The translations under genes and the position numbers were made by a program. A stretch of DNA of 64,000 nucleotides, from positions 186,001-250,000 of the forward strand of contig NIVC01001057.1 in assembly GCA_002269645.1 (NCBI GenBank). Direction: 5' to 3'. Source of the DNA: Macrostomum lignano (Eukaryota). A model generated the notes under the pieces. It did not search any database. It was not told the DNA's origin and saw only the letters and a program-made list of their open reading frames with translations. Below, piece by piece: positions 24,612 to 38,383 of this stretch (within the stretch, counting starts at the first letter, position 1; each line of letters opens with the position of its first letter).

Positions 24612-26342
24612 CCCAACCTGCCTGACTGCCACTGCGCGATGTTGCCTCTGCCGCTGCTTGTCCACTCCGCACTTTTCTGTCTACCTAGTCCCAGTGTTTG
24701 CAATCAGCCTCTCCGCCCTCCCTCAGCCTGTCAATTTCTGCTTTTTTGTCGTCACTTTTTGTTGTTGTTCTTGTTTTTCAAACTTCTTTTAGTCGCCTGT
24801 TGATGTTCTTGCCTGTAGCCACTTGTTGAACTTTCACCGCCGGACTCTCGTTTCCTCAGCTGTAAAACGCGCTCTGCAATGCTAAGATACTACTGGGGTT
24901 TCTCTCAGATATGCAGCTCTCTATACATTTAGTGTGTAGCAAAGTCTGCAAAATATACGCTGGAATATCTGTATTCTTCTTCTGCAAGAGGCCGCCTGTT
25001 CAGCGATAAGCCAACTGAATCCAATGATGCATTTTTCCTGTAGTCATTTTTCCTTTCTAAATTTGTCCGTATTGGCCTACTTAAAGTAGAATAAAAGCGT
25101 ATTTTCCTAATTCTTTCTAAGCTTTGTATCGGAGAATGCTCTGTCTAGCACATTCTCTGTCTAGCACATTCTCTGTCCAACACATGATTTGTCTAACACA
25201 TTATCTCTCTAACACCAACACATGTCTTAACACATTTGTCTACACACATTATCTCTCTAACACATTCCCTGTCTAACACATGATTTGTCTAACACAGTAT
25301 CTCTCTAACACATTCCCTGTCTAACACATGATTTGTCTAACACAGTCTCTCTAACACATTCCCTGTCTATTATCTCTCTAACACATTTGTCTAACACAGA
25401 TCTGTCTAACACATTATCTGTCTAACACATTCTCTGTCTAACACATTATCTGTCTAACACATCCCTGTCTAACGAATTATCTCTCTAACACATTCCCTGT
25501 CTAACACATGATTTGTCTAACACAGTATCTCTCTATAACACATTCTCTGTCTAACACATTATCTGCCTAACACAGTCTCTGTCTAACACATTATCTGCCT
25601 AACACATCCCTTGTCTAACGAATTATATCTCTAACACATTCCCTGTCTAACACATGATTTGTCTAACATAGTATCTCTCTATAACACATAACACATTCTC
25701 TGTCTAACACATTATCTGCCTAACACAGTCTCTGTCTAACACATTATCTGCCTAACACATCCCTTGTCTAACGAATTATATCTCTAACACATTCCCTGTC
25801 TAACACATGATTTGTCTAACATAGTATCTCTCTATAACACATTCTCTGTCTAACACATTATCTGCCTAACACAGTCTCTGTCTAACACATTATCTGCCTA
25901 ACACATCCCTTGTCTAACGAATTATATCTCTAACACATTCTCTGACACAAAGCAGTTGAGTGAAATTTTCAACTAAAATAAACCCAGTCAGTCGGCACTC
26001 CCAGGAGCTGGCAATAAAATTCCCAAAGATACACAAATTGTTTCATATATATTAGCCCGCACAAACAACACTCACACTCAAGTATAAGTTTTACACTGCT
26101 CATATTAAATAACAAGTAAATAAATACTGTAAAATTAAAACTCAGTACACATTGCAAGAAAGCATCAAAAGTACGCAGTGTAAACGTAAAAAAAGAAAAT
26201 TAAATGTGCGCTTGACGTGTGCATGCTGTGTGAACATCAAGACTCCATTTTTATGCTTTTTTGTTATCCACAACTGCGCCACCGTCCCTACTTGCAGTAG
26301 TCAGTTCAAGTAGTAAATATTTGCACAATTATCAGTCGGGCT

Positions 26343-29300
26343 TCACAGCAGGCCCGAAAGGAGGTCGCCGCTGACGAAGGCGCCTCCCAGAATCCCTGCT
26401 GTGGATGCCGGGTACCGCGGCGGCGGCGGCGGCGGCGGCTGTTGCTGCGGCTGCTGCGGGGGCGGTGGTGGCGGAGGTGGAGGCGGCGGCTGCTGCTGCT
26501 GGTGCTGCGGTGGCGGCGGCGGTGGCAGCGCAGGCAGCCCCGAAGTCACGTGACTAAAGTGGCTTCCCGGAGCGGCGCTCTCCAAGCCGCTGACGGTGCC
26601 GGCGCTAGCGCCACTGCCGGCGCCTCCACCGAAGTAGTTCGCCGCCGGGAACTGGAAGCTGTGCATGGCGCTGCGCATCAGGTCGCTCATCGCGTCCAGC
26701 TCCTTCTTCTTCTTGCTCTTGATGGAGCTCTTGCGGTTGCGCGACTGGATTGAGTCCTTCTTCATGCTGATGGGCCGGTCCACCTGGTGCAGCTTGAAGT
26801 ACAGGCCGCAGGCGTTGCACACCGACTCGCCCTTGTGGTTGCGGCGCCACAAAGTCGTCTGCGTGGTGGCGCAGTTCGAGCAGGTCGTGCCGGCGCGGCG
26901 CTGCGCCGACTGCGTGTGGGTAGGAGTGACGGACTGTGAGTGACGGATTGTGAGTGACGGACTGTGAGTGACAGACTGTGAGTGACGGATTGTGAGTGAC
27001 GGACTGTGAGTGACGGACTGTGAGTGACGGACTGTGAGTGACGGACTGTGAGTGACGGATTGTGAGTGACGGATTGTGAGTGACGGACTGTGAGTGACGG
27101 ATTGTGAGTGACGGATTGTGAGTGACAGACTGTGAGTGACGGATTGTGAGTGACGGACTGTGAGTGACGGACTAAGAGTGACGGATTGTGAGTGACCGAC
27201 TGTGAGTGACGGATTGTGAGTGACGGACTGTGAGTGACGGACTGTGAGTGACGGACTGTGAGTGACGGACTGTGAGTGACGGATTGTGAGTGACGGACTG
27301 TGAGTGACGGATTGTGAGTGACGGATTGTGAGTGACGGATTGTGAGTGACGGATTGTGAGTGACGGATTGTGAGTGACGGATTGTGAGTGACGGATTGTG
27401 AGTGACGGATTGTGAGTGACGGATTGTGAGTGACGGATTGTGAGTGACGGATTGTGAGTGACGGATCGGGAGTGATCGAAAAGATTCGAGCCCCTGCTCA
27501 CCATGCGCCGTTTTGGCTTGATGAGCGGCCGGCTCTGCCCGTTCATCTTATGGTACAGGCCGCATGCGTTGCACAGGTAGTGGCCACCTCCGTCCCGGCG
27601 CCACAGTGGGGTGGCCGTGGCACCGCAGTTCACGCACTCGCGACTCTCTGTGGGGTTGTGCGGCAGTGAGTGCTGAAGGATGATGGCACGGGGACACATA
27701 CTGTAATATTATGCAATAGGATCGCTGGTCCATGGGATCACTCTATGGGATTCAATGGAAGAGATTGCGCTCTAAGATGCGATCACAATATGAGATCACA
27801 CTATGAGATCACATTATGAGATCACACTATGAGATCACACTATGAGATCACACTATAAGATCACACTATGAGATCACATTATGAGATCACACTATGAGAT
27901 CACACTATGAGATCATACTATGAGATCACACTATGAGATCACACTATGAGATCACTCTGAGAGATCACACTATGAGATCACACAATGAGATCACACTATG
28001 AGATCACACTATGAGATCACACTATGAGATCACACTATGAGATCACACTATGAGATCACACTATGAGATCACACTATGAGATCACAATAAGAGATCACAC
28101 TATGAGATCACACCATTGAGATCACACCATGAGATCAAGCTACGAAATTCTCACCCGAGGCGTTCCTGGCCCGAGCCTTAAACTGGTGCAGGCGTCCAAC
28201 CAGGTGTCCTGGATAGTGCTGGTGGTGCTGGTGGTGCTGGTGCTGCGGGTTCATGCGGAACAGTGACGGGTGAATCCCCAGCGGGTTCCTGGCGTATTCG
28301 GCGGCCGCTGCGGCTGCCGGGAAGTAGGGCTGGTAGGGGGAGCTGAAGCTGGCGGGATACGAGCCCGGGAAGCCGGCCTCTGAGTTTGGCTGGTGACCGA
28401 AAGCGAAACCAAAGCCATTGCTGCCGCCGCTGCCGCCGCTGCCGCCGCTGCTGCTGTGCTGCAGGTGCTGCTGGTGGTGCTGGTGCTGCAGCTGGTGCTG
28501 TAGCTGGTGTTGCTGGTACTGCTGCAGCTGGTGCTGCTGCGCCGCCGGGTCAGGGAAGTTCGACCAGCAGGTCTGGATGCCCACCGGGTAGCCAATGGCG
28601 TCTGCGCGATGGAAGAAGGTAATGTACTGCTGTGAGTACTGTGGGGACTATGACTACTGTGAGTACTGTGAATACTGTGAATACTGTGACTACTGTGAGT
28701 ACTGTGAATACTGTGAGTACTGTGAGTACTGTGAATACTGTGACTACTGTGAGTACTGTGAGTACTGTGAGTACTGTGAGTACTGTGAGTACTGTGAGTA
28801 CTGTGAGACACAATGGTTCAGGGCTGGTTTTCTATTTAGTTTGTTGCACACATTTTAATGAGAGATTCGTTTATTATTCCTTTGTTGCTACGGTCGCGGC
28901 CATTTTCTAGTGAGGAACGGGCCAGTTGGGATCTGCAATTGGGAATCCTGACGGGAGCTCCAGACTCACCCTGGCCCAGCCCGAGCTCCGCTTTGATTGG
29001 CTGGCCCTGGCCGGACATGTAGGCGCCGCCGCCGAACAGGCCGGACTCCTGGTGGTGATGCGGCATTGCGCAGCCGCCGCCGGCCAGGTGCTGCTGATGC
29101 TGCTGCTGGATGAACTTCTCAGGAGACTCGTCGCCGCTGTCAGTCAGGCGCTGGCCAGCAGACTGGCTGACTCCGGAGCAGTCCGACTCTGCGGTCGCTG
29201 CCGCAGCTGCAGACGATGCTGTCGTTGTCGTGGCCGCGGCAGCTGCGGCTGCCGCTGCGGCTGCGGCGGCGGCAGCGGTGGCGGCCGCTGTAGCTGCAGC

Positions 29301-29411
29301 AGCCGAAGAGGGATCTTCGACGTCTCCACCGACGGTCCGGTGGTGCCAGGAGTAGGGGGGCTGCTGCACCGCGCCGCAGTCCCTGCCGGAGTGCGCCTGG
29401 AGGATCTCCAT
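26343..29411 (-). CDS. gata123: GATA1/2/3-class transcription factor, second copy; exons 28970-29411, 28155-28601, 27502-27647, 26343-26909
   Basis: Mirror of 8374-11548 with the same splice sites and identical translated exon segments in the ORF track. Confidence 0.92.
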
Positions 29412-29449
29412 GCTGCACGGACGGAGGCCAGGAGGGGGGCGAGTGTGAG

Positions 29450-29690
29450 AGATGGAGATTGAGTAGAGATGGAGAGGGAGAGATGGAGATCGAGTAGAGA
29501 TGGAGAGGTAGCGAGGGAGATTGAGTAGAGATGGAGAGGGAGAGAGGGAGATTGAGTAGAGATGGAGAGGGAGAGAGGGAGATTGAGTAGAGATGGAGAG
29601 GGAGCGAGGGAGATTGAGTAGAGATGGAGAGGGAGAGATGGAGATCGAGTAGAGATGGAGAGGGAGCGATGGAGATTGAGTAGAGATGGA
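29450..29690. repeat. GA-rich repeat (GAGATGGAGAGGGAG/GAGATTGAGTA), expanded relative to the left copy 8262-8340
   Basis: About 155 bp longer than its mirror. Confidence 0.8.
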
Positions 29691-31921
29691 GAAAAATACA
29701 ATACGCGAACGAGTCACAAAGGAGATAGAAGGGGAGAGGGAGAAAGAGAGAGATGGAGAGAAAGGAGACGGTGGCAGGGGGTGAGCTGAGATCAGCATGT
29801 GTAGGTGACGGGAGCAGCAGCCCAGACAGCCAGAATTTTCCCAACACAATGGGGGCGCGTCGGATGCGTGTCATTGCTGAAAAATCAACAAATTCACCTA
29901 CAAAAGCAGATTTTCAACCTGACACGGGTTGGAATTGAATAGATGGGGATTTAATATTTGTGGGGAATCGGGAGGGGATAAAAGCGGCCGGTTGTCAGTT
30001 TAATCCCACTCTATGGACGCATAAAATCCCGCCCTGAGACACAGCAGAGTCGGCGCTCCCTGATCCCATCTGTTGCAGAATTTGTCCTCCAGAGTCAGGG
30101 AGCTCTAAACAGAATATCTGGAGCTCCGTTTGACTGCACCAGCTGCTCTGAAATCCCACATGAACTTGTATCAACTTTGGTACATGTAATACCGTGTTGC
30201 TCCATGCTTTGAGCAATTAAGGCAAGTGCTTGAACTGCTGGCACAGAAGGCTGTGGGACACTCAAAAAATGGAACTAGGGACGCCTCAAGCCAAAAAGCT
30301 GAAGTTTAGTCAGCCTTGCCAGCTTCCCCTGCTCTGGACAGGTGTTTCTCTGCTCTGGACAGGTATTCCCCTGCTCTGGACAGGTGTTTCTCTGCTCTGG
30401 ACAGGTGTTTCTCTGCTCTGGACAGGTGTTCCTCTGCTCTGGACAGGTATTCCCCTGCTCTGGACAGGTGTTCCCCTGCTCTGGACAGGTATTCCCCTGC
30501 TCTGGACAGGTGTTCCCCTGCTCTGGACAGGTATTCCCCTGCTCTGGACAGGTGTTCCCCTGCTCTGGACAGGTGTTCACAGCTCTCTACAGGCACAATA
30601 TGCTGTAAGTGAGCAAAATTCACCACAGGCCTAAAGTTGATGAAAGTCACAGCTCAGTTTCCAGTCCAGAGCTCTAGTCTGAGGCGTCCCTGACCGAGTC
30701 CCCATGCTTACCCCTCATCCTCTCATAAAATGCTTTCTTTCACCTGACTAATTCTCTGCTCATTGCCGGGCATAAATTTCTCCACCCCTTCGTATAAAAT
30801 GAAAGTGGGGATTTTTATCCCATCGCCTCCCCCTGCCGGTCCCTCGGCCCAATAAAATTCCCAAGTCTCGCCGGCTTCTGCATGGAAGCAGTAAAATATT
30901 TTGAGCAGAAAGCTGGGAGACGAAGGGAGAAGAGGGGACTTCGCGCTTGACTTGGCCGGGCCCGGCAACCCGAAGCTGCCGCATCCCCGCGCTGCTGCAG
31001 CTGGGCTCACGGCTCATTAGCATAATCGCAGTCATAAAGAGCTTCCGTGAACGAAATTCCCACGGAACGAATTTTCACGGAACGAACACACAAGTGGAAG
31101 CCCCCTGGTCTGTTGCTATGTGGACCGTTTCTATGCTGAGTCCTGCGAGTCCTGGGACCTGAGCTATAGGAAGGGAGGTGTTAGAAATGGGGAATTTATT
31201 TTTAAATGAGATTCTGTGCTTGAACTTCACATCCGCTCGTAGTGGTTTGGGACGAAGGCATGGGGTGCCAGCAGAGGGGATTGGGGTGCCAGCAGAGGGG
31301 ATTGTGGTGTCAGCAGAGGGGATTGTGGTGTCAGCAGAGGGGATTGGGGTGCCAGCAGAGGGGATTGGGGTGCCAGCAGAGGGGATTGGGGTGCCAGCAG
31401 AGGGGATTGGGGTGCCAGCAGAGGGGATTGGGGTGCCAGCAGAGGGGATTGTGGTGTCAGCAGAGGGGATTGGGGTGCCAGCAGAGGGAATTGGGGTGCC
31501 AGCAGAGGGAATTGGGGTGCCAGCAGAGGGAATTGGGGTGCCAGCAGAGGGAATTGGGGTTGTCAGCAGAGAGGATTAGGGTGCCAGCAGAGAGGATTAG
31601 GGTGCCAGCAGAGAGGATTAGGGTGCCAGCAGAGAGGATTGGGGTGCCAGCAGAGGGAATTGGGGTGCCAGCAGAGGGAATTGGTGTATCAGCAGAGGGA
31701 ATAGGGGCTCTTGTAACTCCTGAAAACGAAACAGAAGTGCAGCCGAAAGACCAAGTCGGTCATTTCAAATCGTAAATTACCAAGCAAGTCGCCATGGCGA
31801 GCTTCAGCCAGCCGCAGATGCTCAGGAAAATCTGCTTTTGCAAAGAAACCTGGGAAGATTCTCTGCCTAACGCAGATGGATGTTCAGTTAAACAAAGCCT
31901 ATTATTCTATTGTTATTATTA

Positions 31922-32474
31922 ACTTACAAAAAAGTTTAGCGAGTGCCGTAGGCAGTGCTGCAGTTCGCGGGGGAGGTGGCGGTTTGTTGTATTTATACAC
32001 AGTGTAGGCGTCTGCAGGCGGCTTCTGTCTGCTGCTGCTGGGCGGTGGCTATCTGGCTGCGGCCGCTGCCTGATAAATGCTTATCTGCCGCTTATCGACT
32101 GGGGCTGCCGGGCGAGTCTGGGAGCGAAATCGGCTGCCGCAACGCACCGCTGGTTTTATTCCGCGCCGGCGATAAGCGGCCTTAACTGATCTCCCGTCAG
32201 CGGGGGGGGGGCGCGGCGGGGGGCCGGCCGATTGGCTGGCCGGGGAGAAATCCCGAATTCCCGGCCAACCCGGACAGCGGGCTGGGGAAGAGGAGAAATG
32301 GGAAAAGTGAGAAAGTGTGAGACGGTTCGAGGAACTGGGGGGGGGGGGAGAGGCTGGGAGCGGGACTGCGGCAGCGCAAAAATGGGGATTAGGCGCGCCT
32401 GTTTTGGGAGATAAGCGGATCGGGGTTCGATTTTCTCGGCCACCCCTCAGCCCGAGCTGCTCTTCCTTATCTCG
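31922..32474 (-). promoter_or_regulatory. Putative GATA promoter and first exon (right copy)
   Basis: Mirror of 5466-6018; TATA at 31990-31997. Confidence 0.55.
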
Positions 32475-32739
32475 GGGATTTGACTCGTCAATCGTTGTTC
32501 GATCCCAGTTTCAGAAGCAGAAATTTCTGAGCTTGTTTATGGGGATCTGTGAGGCCGGAGATGCCAAGCATGTTATTGATCAGTTTTTTGGTGAGCCATG
32601 CGGCAGCGGCCTCGCAGCCCGTGCTGGCTGGGGCCGCTCTGTCAGTTTCAATGCGGCTTTGAAGCGCTTTGGTTTTAAATTTAACCCAAGGACTGCTCAG
32701 GCAGAAGGTCGGGAAACTACGTTTCTTGGAATTTTTCCT

Positions 32740-33224
32740 CATTCACGGAGACCAGACTAGCAATCCACTGCTCTGCTCACAGTGCCAGTTCCTCATTTAC
32801 GGAGACCAGACTAGCAATCCACTGCTCTGCTCACAGTGCCAGTTCCTCATTCACGGAGGCCAGACTAGCAATCCACTGCTCTGCTCAGTGCCAGTTTCTC
32901 ATTCACGGAGACCAGACTAGCAATCCACTGCTCTGCTCACAGTGCCAGTTCCTCATTCACGGAGACCAGACTAGCAATCCACTGCTCTGCTCACAGTGCC
33001 AGTTCCTCATTCACGGAGACCAGACTAGAAATCCACTGCTCTGCTCACAGTGCCAGTTCCTCATTCACGGAGACCAGACTAGCAATCCACTGCTCTGCTC
33101 ACAGTGCCAGTTCCTCATTCACGGAGACCAGACTAGCAATCCACTGCTCTGCTCACAGTGCCAGTTCCTCATTCACGGAGACCAGACTAGCAATCCACTG
33201 CTCTGCTCACTGGCAGCCAGTCCT
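32740..33224. repeat. 54/56-bp minisatellite, right copy (much shorter than left)
   Basis: Reverse complement of the 3663-5200 unit. Confidence 0.93.
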
Positions 33225-34388
33225 GAGCCTTCAAATTCGCAATTTAAATTTTGTCTCCGCTTGGAGCTGACGGATGGCAGCGGGGCGGAGCAGCGGCTGA
33301 GCAGCGGCTGACAGCAGGATGGAGCGGCCACGTGCGCCGGCTGAGACGATGGCAGCGAGGGGAGAGCGGGGAAAATGAAGTGCGGCTCCATCAACCCCGG
33401 CGGGGAGCTAAGAAGATGCCAGCTCCGTAAAACTTTCTCCCCTCGGCCACCTGACGGCTCTGCTGCTCTCCGCCTGGCTGGAGTTGCCGCCCGCCGGCAG
33501 CTGGCATCGGCCACGTGGCGCCCGGCGTGCAGCAGTTGATGGATTTCCAGTCACGGCCCCCCAGCCTCATCCCAACTGGCTGCTCAACCCGCAATGCATT
33601 TCTTAGAATTTGAGATTCTGACGCGGCAGAGCGCGCGAGGTTAATTATGGAATCAATTTTTTTGCTCTCAATTGTTCTTTCTGTCTCTGGTCGCTCGTCT
33701 GTCTTATCTGCTGCGGCGGCTCCTGATGAGGCGGCTGGGCGGGAGTCTGGGAGAAGCAGGCGGGCTGGGAGTCGCCCTCCTGCAAGAGAGAAGCAGCAAT
33801 TTTTGACGCCGCCGCGATCTCATTAAGATAATGGCGACTCCGGCGGCGGGGAGGGGCCGCTGAAGCTTATAAATGCTCGCTCCGCCTGCTTCTAGCAGAG
33901 CCAGCAGAAGAAGCAGAAGAAGCAGGAGAAGCAGGAGAAGCCCTATGCGACGGCCCCTATCTCCGCCGGCCATCGATTCCAAATTAACTTTTTCATAGTA
34001 TGGGGAAATTCTTCCCGCCCGAGTCGGCATTATGCGTAGCAATGAGCCGGCCGCGGCTCCGGGTGGGGATTCTTTGTATACGGAATCTGGGATGTGATGG
34101 GGATCTTGGGATTCGGCCAGCGGTGAGTCGCTAGGGGGGGGGCATGGCTGCTCACAGAGTGATTCATTCCTTCCTGCACGAATCTTTGCGTTTTTTCTGG
34201 GGTCGCTTCTTCAGGAATTGACAAATTTGCGGTGCTTTCACGATTCCCAATTTTGAGGATTTTGAAGTTTGAGATTTTGAAAGTTGAGGATTGTGAAATT
34301 TAAGGAAAATGAAATTTTGGAATTCTAAAATTCAAAAATTGCGAAAGCACCACGAAACTGTCAATTTAATCCGGAAAAACCCGAAATT

Positions 34389-35137
34389 GTTTGGTGAGCT
34401 GTTTGGTGAGCTGTTTGGTGAGCTGTTTGGTGAGCTGTTTGGTGAGCTGTTTGGTGAGCTGTTTGGTGAGCTGTTTGGTGAGCTGTTTGGTGAGCTGTTT
34501 GGTGAGCTGTTTAGTGAGCTGTTTGGTGAGCTGTTTAGTGAGCTGTTTGGTGAGCTGTTTAGTGAGCTGTTTGGTGAGCTGTTTGGTGAGCTGTTTGGTG
34601 AGCTGTTTCGTGAGCTGTTTGGTGAGCTGTTTAGGGTGCTGTTTCGTGAGCTGTTTGGTGAGCTGTTTGGTGAGCTGTTTAGTGAGCTGTTTGGTGAGCT
34701 GTTTAGTGAGCTGTTTGGTGAGCTGTTTAGTGAGCTGTTTGGTGAGCTGTTTAGTGAGCTGTTTGGTGAGCTGTTTGGTGAGCTGTTTAGTGAGCTGTTT
34801 GGTGAGCTGTTTAGTGAGCTGTTTGGTGAGCTGTTTAGTGAGCTGTTTGGTGAGCTGTTTGGTGAGCTGTTTGGTGAGCTGTTTAGTGAGCTGTTTGGTG
34901 AGCTGTTTGGTGAGCTGTTTGGTGAGCTGTTTAGTGAGCTGTTTGGTGAGCTGTTTAGTGAGCTGTTTGGTGAGCTGTTTAGTGAGCTGTTTGGTGAGCT
35001 GTTTGGTGAGCTGTTTGGTGAGCTGTTTCGTGAGCTGTTTGGTGAGCTGTTTAGGGTGCTGTTTCGTGAGCTGTTTGGTGAGCTGTTTGGTGAGCTGTTT
35101 GGTGAGCTGTTTGGGGTGCTGTTTGGGGTGCTGTTTC
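34389..35137. repeat. 12-bp minisatellite GGTGAGCTGTTT, right copy (longer than left)
   Basis: Reverse complement of the 1991-2499 unit. Confidence 0.93.
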
Positions 35138-36233
35138 CGAGTTCCAACACCAAATCGCACAAGTCATTAATTTTTCCGAACTCAAGGCCGACCCAATCTG
35201 AACTCTGACAGCTCCTTCAGTTCGCAGAAATTCCGGCAGACAAGCGCCGAGTCCTGCCAGCTTCCGCACAGGAAGCGGCTCTTCTCGCTCTCGAATCTCT
35301 GCTTTCAATATTTTCGAATAACCCGATTCATAACAACTGCAGTTCGAATTCGCAGCTCAGCGGGGTTGCGCCACCTGCTCTGGGAGGCGATGGCAGCTCA
35401 CTGAATCCCCAGCCCTCCTTGCTTTGCCGGGATCGGTGCAAATTTATGACTTCCCAGTGGGAGAGGCGCCGAGCCAGGGGGGGGGGAGACGCAACTTATA
35501 GCAGACTCGAAGTCTCTGCTGAAGAAGAATGACTGCAATTACGGCGCCAAGGCATGTCTCAGGTCTCTCTCCCCACCAGCCTCAGCTGCTCAAGACGGCT
35601 ACAATCCACTCCTTGAGGCCAACTGTTGAGCGGCTGGGGGCGGGTGATTGATGCCCAATGATCCCCAGCTTCTGCAGGGTTTAGGGGAGAATTATCCCTA
35701 GGGGAGTGGACTAGCCGGACCAGAAATTCGTGTATATAGGGAGGGACTCGAATAGAGAATTCGAATCCCCGAGCCGGTGAACACGGGCTAAACTATTCAT
35801 ATATATACACACTAGCAGCGCCTCATCCTCAGCCTCCCGGGGACCGCCCAGCTGCCAGCGGCGGTTCGCTTGGCCGCTCCCGTGACTGCTCATGGCGGCC
35901 CACGTGGACCGCGACCGCTTCTTATGGCTCAGCAGCTCCGACCAGGAGCGGCCGAACTCCCAACTCCCCCCCCCAGAGCACCGGGTGCTGCAGCGGCTTG
36001 ACATCGATAAGCAGTCCCGGGCTGCTTTCTTGCCGCAAAGATCGCCCTGTCAATCACACCCAGCGATCGGCCAAAACCACAAACCAAAATTTGCATAATT
36101 TTTTCTTCCATATTGACGCAATTTATTCCGGAGCCCATTTCTAAAAAAATGACAAAGTCGAAAAGTTCTTTGACTGAGCGGCGTCTGCAATCACATTGGC
36201 AGGGGCTTCGGCACAGATATGCTGAGGGACCTG

Positions 36234-38383
36234 CCAGGATTGGGGATTAGTGTAACAGCATCTCCCAGGGTTGCGGATTAGTGTGACAGTATCTCCCAGG
36301 ATTGGGGATTAGTGTAACAGCATCTCCCAGGGTTGCGGATTAGTGTAACAGCATCTCCCAGGGTTGCGGATTAGTGTGACAGTATCTCCCAGGATTGGGG
36401 ATTAGTGTAACAGCATCTCCCAGGGTTGCGGATTAGTGTAACAGCATCTCCCAGGGTTGCCGATTAGTGTGACAGTATCTCCCAGGATTGGGGATTAGTG
36501 TAACAGCATCTCCCAGGGTTGCGGATTAGTGTGACAGTATCTCCCAGGATTGGGGATTAGTGTAACAGCATCTCCCAGGGTTGCGGATTAGTGTGACAGT
36601 ATCTCCCAGGATTGGGGATTAGTGTAACAGCATCTCCCAGGGTTGCGGATTAGTGTGACAGTATCTCCCAGGATTGGGGATTAGTGTAACAGCATCTCCC
36701 AGGGTTGCGGATTAGTGTGACAGTATCTCCAGGATTGGGGATTAGTGTAACAGCATCTCCCAGGGTTGCGGATTAGTGTGACAGTATCTCCCAGGATTGG
36801 GGATTAGTGTAACAGCATCTCCCAGGGTTGCGGATTAGTGTGACAGTATCTCCCAGGATTGGGGATTAGTGTAACAGCATCTCACAGGATTGGGGATTAG
36901 TGTAACAGCATCTCACAGGATTAGGATTAGTGTAACAGCATCTCCCAGAATTGGGGATTGGGGATTAGTGTAACAGCATCTCCCAGGGTTGCGGATTAGT
37001 GTGACAGTATCTCCCAGGATTGGGGATTAGTGTAACAGCATCTCCCAGGATTGGGGATTAGTGTGACAGCATCTCCCAGGATTGGGGATTAGTGTAACAG
37101 CATCTCCCAGGGTTGGGATTAGTGTAACAGCATCTCCCAGGATTGGGGATTAGTGTAACAGCATCTCCCAGGATTGGGGATTAGTGTAACAGCATCTCCC
37201 AGGATTGGGGATTAGTGTAACAGCATCTCCCAGGATTGGGGATTAGTGTAACAGCATCTCCCAGGATTGGGATTAGTGTAACAGCATCTCCCAGGATTGG
37301 GGATTAGTGTAACAGAATCTCCCAGGATTAGGGATTAGTGTAACAGAATCTCCCAGGATTGCGGATTAGTGTAACAGCATTTCCCAGAATTGGGGATTGG
37401 GGATTAGTGTAACAGAATCTCCCAGGATTGGGGATTAGTGTAACAGCATCTCCCAGGATTGCGGATTAGTGTAACAGCATCTCCCAGAATTGGGGATTAG
37501 TGTAACAGCATCTCCCAGGATTGGGGATTAGTGTAACAGCATCTCCCAGGATTGCGGATTAGTGTAACAGCATTTCCCAGAATTGGGGATTGGGGATCAG
37601 TGTAACAGAATCTCCCAGGATTAGGGATTAGTATAGCAGCATCTCCCAGGATTGGGGATTTGTGTAACAGCATCTCCCAGGATTAGGATTAGTGTAACAG
37701 CATCTCCCAGGATTGCGGATTAGTGTAGCACCATCTCCCAGGATTAGGGATTAGTGTAACAGCATCTCCCAGGATTGGGGATTAGTGTAACAGCATCTCC
37801 CAGGATTGGGGATTAGTGTAACAGCATCTCCCAGGATTAGGATTAGTGTAACAGCATCTCCCAGGATTGCGGATTAGTGTAGCACCATCTCCCAGGATTA
37901 GGGATTAGTGTAACAGCATCTCCCAGGATTGGGGATTAGTGTAACAGCATCTCCCAGGATTAGGGATTAGTGTAACAGCATCTCCCAGGATTAGGATTAG
38001 TGTAACAGCATCTCCCAGGATTAGGGATTAGTGTAACAGCATCTCCCAGGATTAGGGATTAGTGTAACAGCATCTCCCAGGATTGGGGATTAGTGTAACA
38101 GCATCTCCCAGGATTAGGGATTAGTGTAACAGCATCTCCCAGGATTAGGATTAGTGTAACAGCATCTCCCAGGATTAGGGATTAGTGTAACAGCATCTCC
38201 CAGGATTAGGGATTAGTGTAACAGCATCTCCCAGGATTAGGGATTAGTGTAACAGCATCTCCCAGGATTAGGGATTAGTGTAACAGCATCTCCCAGGATT
38301 AGGGATTAGTGTAACAGCATCTCCCAGGATTAGGGATTAGTGTAGCAGCATCTCCCAGGATTGGGGATTAGTGTGACAGCATC
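36234..38383. repeat. About 30-bp minisatellite AGGATTGGGGATTAGTGTAACAGCATCTCCC
   Basis: Long tandem array; mirror of the window start. Confidence 0.95.

Larger units (their letters stand above)
23663..37126. repeat. Right arm of large inverted duplication
   Basis: Reverse complement of 1-14193 apart from VNTR length differences and a few SNPs/indels; position 1 pairs with about 37126 and 14193 with about 23663. Confidence 0.95.

Noticed and set aside
36234-38383. Telomere-like GGGATTAG content
   Set aside because: Part of a 30-bp minisatellite, not TTAGGG arrays
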